A stretch of 61,745 nucleotides of DNA from assembly GCA_038251595.1 (NCBI GenBank), contig JBBSBC010000001.1:1-61745 (forward strand), in the 5' to 3' direction. Position numbers and translations under genes: made by a program. Positions 58,839-61,745 of this stretch are shown here, in pieces. How positions within the stretch are numbered: position 1 is the stretch's first letter; each line of letters starts with the position of its first letter. The notes below the pieces were generated by a model. It was not told where the DNA came from and did no database searches. It was given only the letters and a program-made list of their open reading frames with translations. Origin of the DNA: Phycisphaerales bacterium. GTDB lineage: Bacteria; Planctomycetota; Phycisphaerae; Phycisphaerales; UBA1924.

Positions 58839-59498
58839 TTACAGGCGAACCACTTTCACAATCACCACCGGCTTGACGGGTACATCCTGAAGTCCTCCGT
58901 CTTCGGGGTTGGGCGCGATATCCGGGCGGTTCATGATCTTGCCACTCTTGATGATGTCCACAACTTCGAGCCCATCGACCACGCGCCCAAAGACGGCGTA
59001 GCCCGCGTTACCGGTCGTCTCTCGCGCGGTATCAAGCCGCGCGTTGTCGGCAACGTTGATGTAGAACTCGCGGGTCGCGCTGTCGGCATCCGGCTCGCGG
59101 GCCATGGCGATTGTGCCGCGTGTGTTCTTCAGCCCATTGGTCCACTCGTTGATAATCGTGGCATCGGGCAGGCCCGCATCTTTCGCGATCTTGCTGCGGT
59201 CGGTCAGGTCAGGGTTCCACCCACCGCCCTGAATCACGAATGAAGGAATGACGCGATGAAAGATCGTGCCATCGTAATGTCCCGCTGCGGCGTGCATGAG
59301 GAAGTTGCCAGTCGAGATCGGCGCCCGCGCCGCATCAAGCTCCAGGGTGATGTCGCCCTGAGAAGTCTGCATCAGCACACGCACAGGCGCGGCCCTCAAC
59401 GGCAAAGGATTGCCCTTGGGCGCGGTCGAACCGGCACACCCGAAGAGGAGGGGCATTGAAACGGTGATGGAGAGAGCAAGGCGTGTGGATAGGCGCAT
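58839..59498 (-). CDS. cyclophilin-type peptidyl-prolyl cis-trans isomerase, lipoprotein/periplasmic
   Basis: Lipobox LLFGCAG, then GDITLELDAARAPISTGNFL...YDGTIFHRVIPSFVIQGGG...GTIAMAR...YAVFGRVVDGLEVVD. Confidence 0.92.
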   Translation of the reverse strand: MRLSTRLALSITVSMPLLFGCAGSTAPKGNPLPLRAAPVRVLMQTSQGDITLELDAARAPISTGNFLMHAAAGHYDGTIFHRVIPSFVIQGGGWNPDLTDRSKIAKDAGLPDATIINEWTNGLKNTRGTIAMAREPDADSATREFYINVADNARLDTARETTGNAGYAVFGRVVDGLEVVDIIKSGKIMNRPDIAPNPEDGGLQDVPVKPVVIVKVVRL

Positions 59499-59781
59499 GG
59501 ACGCAGTGTACCGAGGGTGGATGCAAGGGGCGAGTGAGGCCCGTCACAACACGCATGATCGAGCGTGCCACTGGCAGGCTGCTCTGAGTCTTCCAGTGCC
59601 GGGCGCGAGGAGAATGGATAAACGCCGGCAGCCTCACGGTCGGCCGAACCTCCACCCGCCACACCAGCAGTAAGCCAAGCACACGCGAGTCTGGGTTGAT
59701 CGGTGGTCACTTGCGGGCCTTGCGCTGCGGGTGCAGCGCTTACAAGAGAACGGGCCGTGGTGGTGAGCCGATGGTGACCTG

Positions 59782-59820
59782 GACCCTCCCCCCGACCCCC
59801 CTCCCTCTGGGACAGGGAGG
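59782..59820. repeat. REP-like C-rich element ending in a 7-bp hairpin; related copy at 16032-16067, half copy at 15041-15058
   Basis: ACCCTCCCCCCGACCCCCCTCCCTCTGGGACAGGGAGG compared with ACCCTTCCCGCTGCCCCCTCCCTCTGGGAGGGGGAG, aligned by eye. The hairpin CCTCCCT/AGGGAGG lies 7 nt after the stop of the minus-strand gene. Confidence 0.6.
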
Positions 59821-59826
59821 TTGGAT

Positions 59827-60378
59827 TCATCCGTCCGGGGTATCCATCAACTGCTGCAAGCGTGTGGCCAGCACGGATGAGAGTCGTGTCACCCAAGTCG
59901 GCTCGATCAGTCGGACACCGATCATGTCCATCAGGTGGACCTGATCCTTTCGGCGAAAGGCTGTGAGCTTGATGCGCACGAGGGCTTCAAGGCCGAGCAC
60001 GCGGAACGAGCCCATGTCCTCGGACTCGCTCACCTCCGGGTTAGGTTCAGGCTCGCCGGGCCTCACGAGTTCACCCGCGAAGATGATATGAACCGCTTCG
60101 CGAGGCAAAGCGGCGGCGTGATCCAAAAACAGATCAAGCCCTGCCACCTCGCGATGGACGAAGCCCGCGTGTTGCAGTGCAGTCTTCGCGGCATCAAGGT
60201 TGCCGCGATGAATCATGATGGCAACATCCTGCGTGTTTCGTACGGCGGCACGGTCGATCGTGGCGACCCACGCCGCCACCGCGTGTCCACCGACAACGGC
60301 ATAGGCCACACCGGCACCCTGGAGGGCCGCAGATGCACGCAGCAAGCGTTGACGCACCTGTTCCACAACATCCACCAT
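59827..60378 (-). CDS. nucleotidyltransferase-fold protein (MNT/AbiEii-like, tentative)
   Basis: YAVVGGHAVAAWV...RNTQDVAIMI resembles the GG..x(n)..D.D minimal NTase motif, with the second acidic residue replaced. No partner gene is present. Confidence 0.4.
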   Translation of the reverse strand: MVDVVEQVRQRLLRASAALQGAGVAYAVVGGHAVAAWVATIDRAAVRNTQDVAIMIHRGNLDAAKTALQHAGFVHREVAGLDLFLDHAAALPREAVHIIFAGELVRPGEPEPNPEVSESEDMGSFRVLGLEALVRIKLTAFRRKDQVHLMDMIGVRLIEPTWVTRLSSVLATRLQQLMDTPDG

Positions 60379-60540
60379 TCACTGAAGCAGGTCGGTGGGA
60401 ATGGGAAGCCCGGTAGACACACCACATCGTAGGGCTGGCCTCAAGCACGCGGTTTGGGGGTGAGGGGAACTGAAGAGCCACTGGCTGGAAGCGAGTGCTA
60501 CCAAAAACCGGGGCAGCTTTGCCTCGTACAATCACGCCCT

Positions 60541-61710
60541 ATGTCTTACACCGTGCTTGCCCGACGTTACCGCTCGACCGACTTTGATGGCGTTGTTGGT
60601 CAGGAAGCGATTTCCAATACGCTCAAGACGGCGATCGCCACCAACCGGGTGGCGCACGCCTACCTCTTTACCGGCACGCGCGGCGTGGGCAAGACCTCGA
60701 TGGCCCGCATCTTTGCCAAGGCCTTGAACGCCGTCGATGAGAAGGGCGTTGAGAACCCGGAGATCGGCAAGGCGATCATGCAGGGTCGTGACACCGATGT
60801 GATCGAGATCGACGCGGCGAGCAGCAACTCGGTCGAGGAAGCGAGAACGCTGATCTCGAACGCCGCGTATCGGCCGCTGCGGGGGCGGAAGAAGATCTAC
60901 ATCATCGACGAAGTTCACATGCTGTCATCCGCCGCCTTCAACGCGTTGCTCAAGACGATGGAAGAGCCGCCAGAGCATGTGGTGTTCATCCTGTGTACGA
61001 CCGAGACGCACAAGGTGCCAGCAACGATCCAGTCGCGTTGTCAGCGGTTTGACTTCCGCAACATCGCGACCAGCAGCATCGCCGGGCATCTGAAGAGCGT
61101 GGTGAAAGATGAGAAGTGCGAGGCTGAGCCTGAGCTGCTGCACATGGTGGCGCGCCTGGGCAACGGCTCGATGCGCGATGCGCTCTCGATCATGGATCGG
61201 CTGATGGCCGCGGGTGAAAAGAAGCTGACGACCAAGCTGCTGGCGCATTTGCTCGGGTTGCCCGATCGAACACTGGTGGATGACCTGGTCACCGCTATCG
61301 CCGACGGCGATGCGGGCGCATCGTTGAAGGGGGCGGATACCCTCTCAAAACGCGGCGTCACGCCCGATCAGTTGCTCTCAACGCTGGCCGATCGTTTCCG
61401 CGATCTGATGGTGCTCGCGGCCTGCGGCCCTGAGACGGATCTGGTGGAACTGAGCGATGAATCGCGTACACAATCGAATGTGCTCGCACAGCGGTTTGAT
61501 GCCGCGGGACTGACACACATGATTGCCATCTGCGATTCGGTCGCGCGGTCAAGCAAACTATCGAGCAGTCCGCGAGCGCTGGTGGATGCGGCGATCGTGC
61601 GGCTGGCGCCGTCACGGCTGCGGCTGCGGCTGCGCCTGCGCCTGCGCCTGCGATTGCGGTTGCAATTGCGGTTGCGGTTGCGGTTGCGGCCGCAGTTGCG
61701 GCTCCAGTAG
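60541..61710 (+). CDS. dnaX: DNA polymerase III subunit gamma/tau; the 0-frame product ends inside a repeat tract, so the 3' end is uncertain
   Basis: MSYTVLARRYRSTDFDGVVGQEAISNTLKTAIATNRVAHAYLFTGTRGVGKTSMARIFAKALN, IYIIDEVHMLS and the SRCQRF sensor. After domain III the 0-frame reads (RL)n and stops at 61710. The -1 frame stays open to the window end. Confidence 0.9.
   Translation: MSYTVLARRYRSTDFDGVVGQEAISNTLKTAIATNRVAHAYLFTGTRGVGKTSMARIFAKALNAVDEKGVENPEIGKAIMQGRDTDVIEIDAASSNSVEEARTLISNAAYRPLRGRKKIYIIDEVHMLSSAAFNALLKTMEEPPEHVVFILCTTETHKVPATIQSRCQRFDFRNIATSSIAGHLKSVVKDEKCEAEPELLHMVARLGNGSMRDALSIMDRLMAAGEKKLTTKLLAHLLGLPDRTLVDDLVTAIADGDAGASLKGADTLSKRGVTPDQLLSTLADRFRDLMVLAACGPETDLVELSDESRTQSNVLAQRFDAAGLTHMIAICDSVARSSKLSSSPRALVDAAIVRLAPSRLRLRLRLRLRLRLRLQLRLRLRLRPQLRLQ
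61615..61704. repeat. hexanucleotide repeat tract (CGGCTG/CGCCTG/CGGTTG variants, about 15 units)
   Basis: Read directly at the 3' end of dnaX. It is followed by a G8/C-run palindromic sequence at the window edge. Confidence 0.9.
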
Positions 61711-61745
61711 CGGGTGGGGGGGGCACCCCCACCCCCCACCCCCCC

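Noticed and set aside
59827-60378. The nucleotidyltransferase-fold gene as an AbiEii/MNT-type toxin-antitoxin or defence module.
   Set aside because: No adjacent small partner gene (AbiEi, HEPN or antitoxin) is present. The 160-bp upstream gap abuts dnaX, and the second catalytic acidic residue appears to be substituted. The evidence is insufficient to call a system.

Overview
This is a high-GC bacterial chromosomal segment. It most likely comes from a Planctomycetota (Phycisphaerae-like) genome; that is inferred from DUF1559-type 'FTLIEL' pseudopilins, a lamin-tail-domain protein, PEP-CTERM-like surface proteins and many lipoproteins. I support about 55 protein-coding genes. By eye I found no rRNA, tRNA, CRISPR array, transposase or integrase.

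Gene content, left to right:
- argS 3' end and an FGE-sulfatase-fold secreted protein.
- A phosphate-type cluster: OprO/P-like porin, OmpR/PhoB-family regulator, PAS histidine kinase, PhoH-like ATPase and a 7TM-HD (PgpH-like) hydrolase.
- A compositionally deviant (AT-richer) three-gene island at about 11.9-15.1 kb. It encodes an orphan secreted protein, a 10-Cys secreted protein and a MauE-domain::pseudopilin fusion.
- A tRNA-dihydrouridine synthase gene carrying an in-frame TGA.
- PIG-L deacetylase, mgtE, an HhH-GPD glycosylase and carB.
- Surface and secreted proteins: DUF4394, a DUF1275-STAS fusion, an esterase and an M28 peptidase.
- A flagellar glycosylation locus. flgM is followed by two unknown genes, then a translationally coupled maf(giant fusion)-neuA-neuB-neuC operon and an HDOD gene.
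- surE, a lamin-tail-domain protein and two paralogous lipoproteins.
- A frameshifted HAF-repeat surface protein.
- A long minus-strand redox/electrophile array: thioredoxin-like protein, CarH-type B12 sensor, ArsR, three SDRs, DinB and an OYE.
- Transglutaminase-like protein, DinB, acyl desaturase, a Gly-rich RRM protein, GNAT, an Arg/Gly/Pro-rich secreted protein, cyclophilin, a nucleotidyltransferase-fold protein and dnaX.

The most noteworthy candidates:
- The low-GC MauE-pseudopilin/Cys-rich island.
- The tri-domain Maf fusion in the nonulosonic-acid operon.
- The DNA-binding-domain-less CarH-like B12 module next to ArsR.
- Several recoding or frameshift-like anomalies (dus TGA, the HAF G-run, the dnaX repeat tract).
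- Recurrent G-run, tandem-repeat and REP-like micro-elements that also sit inside coding sequence.

All family assignments come from motif recognition by eye, not from database searches.
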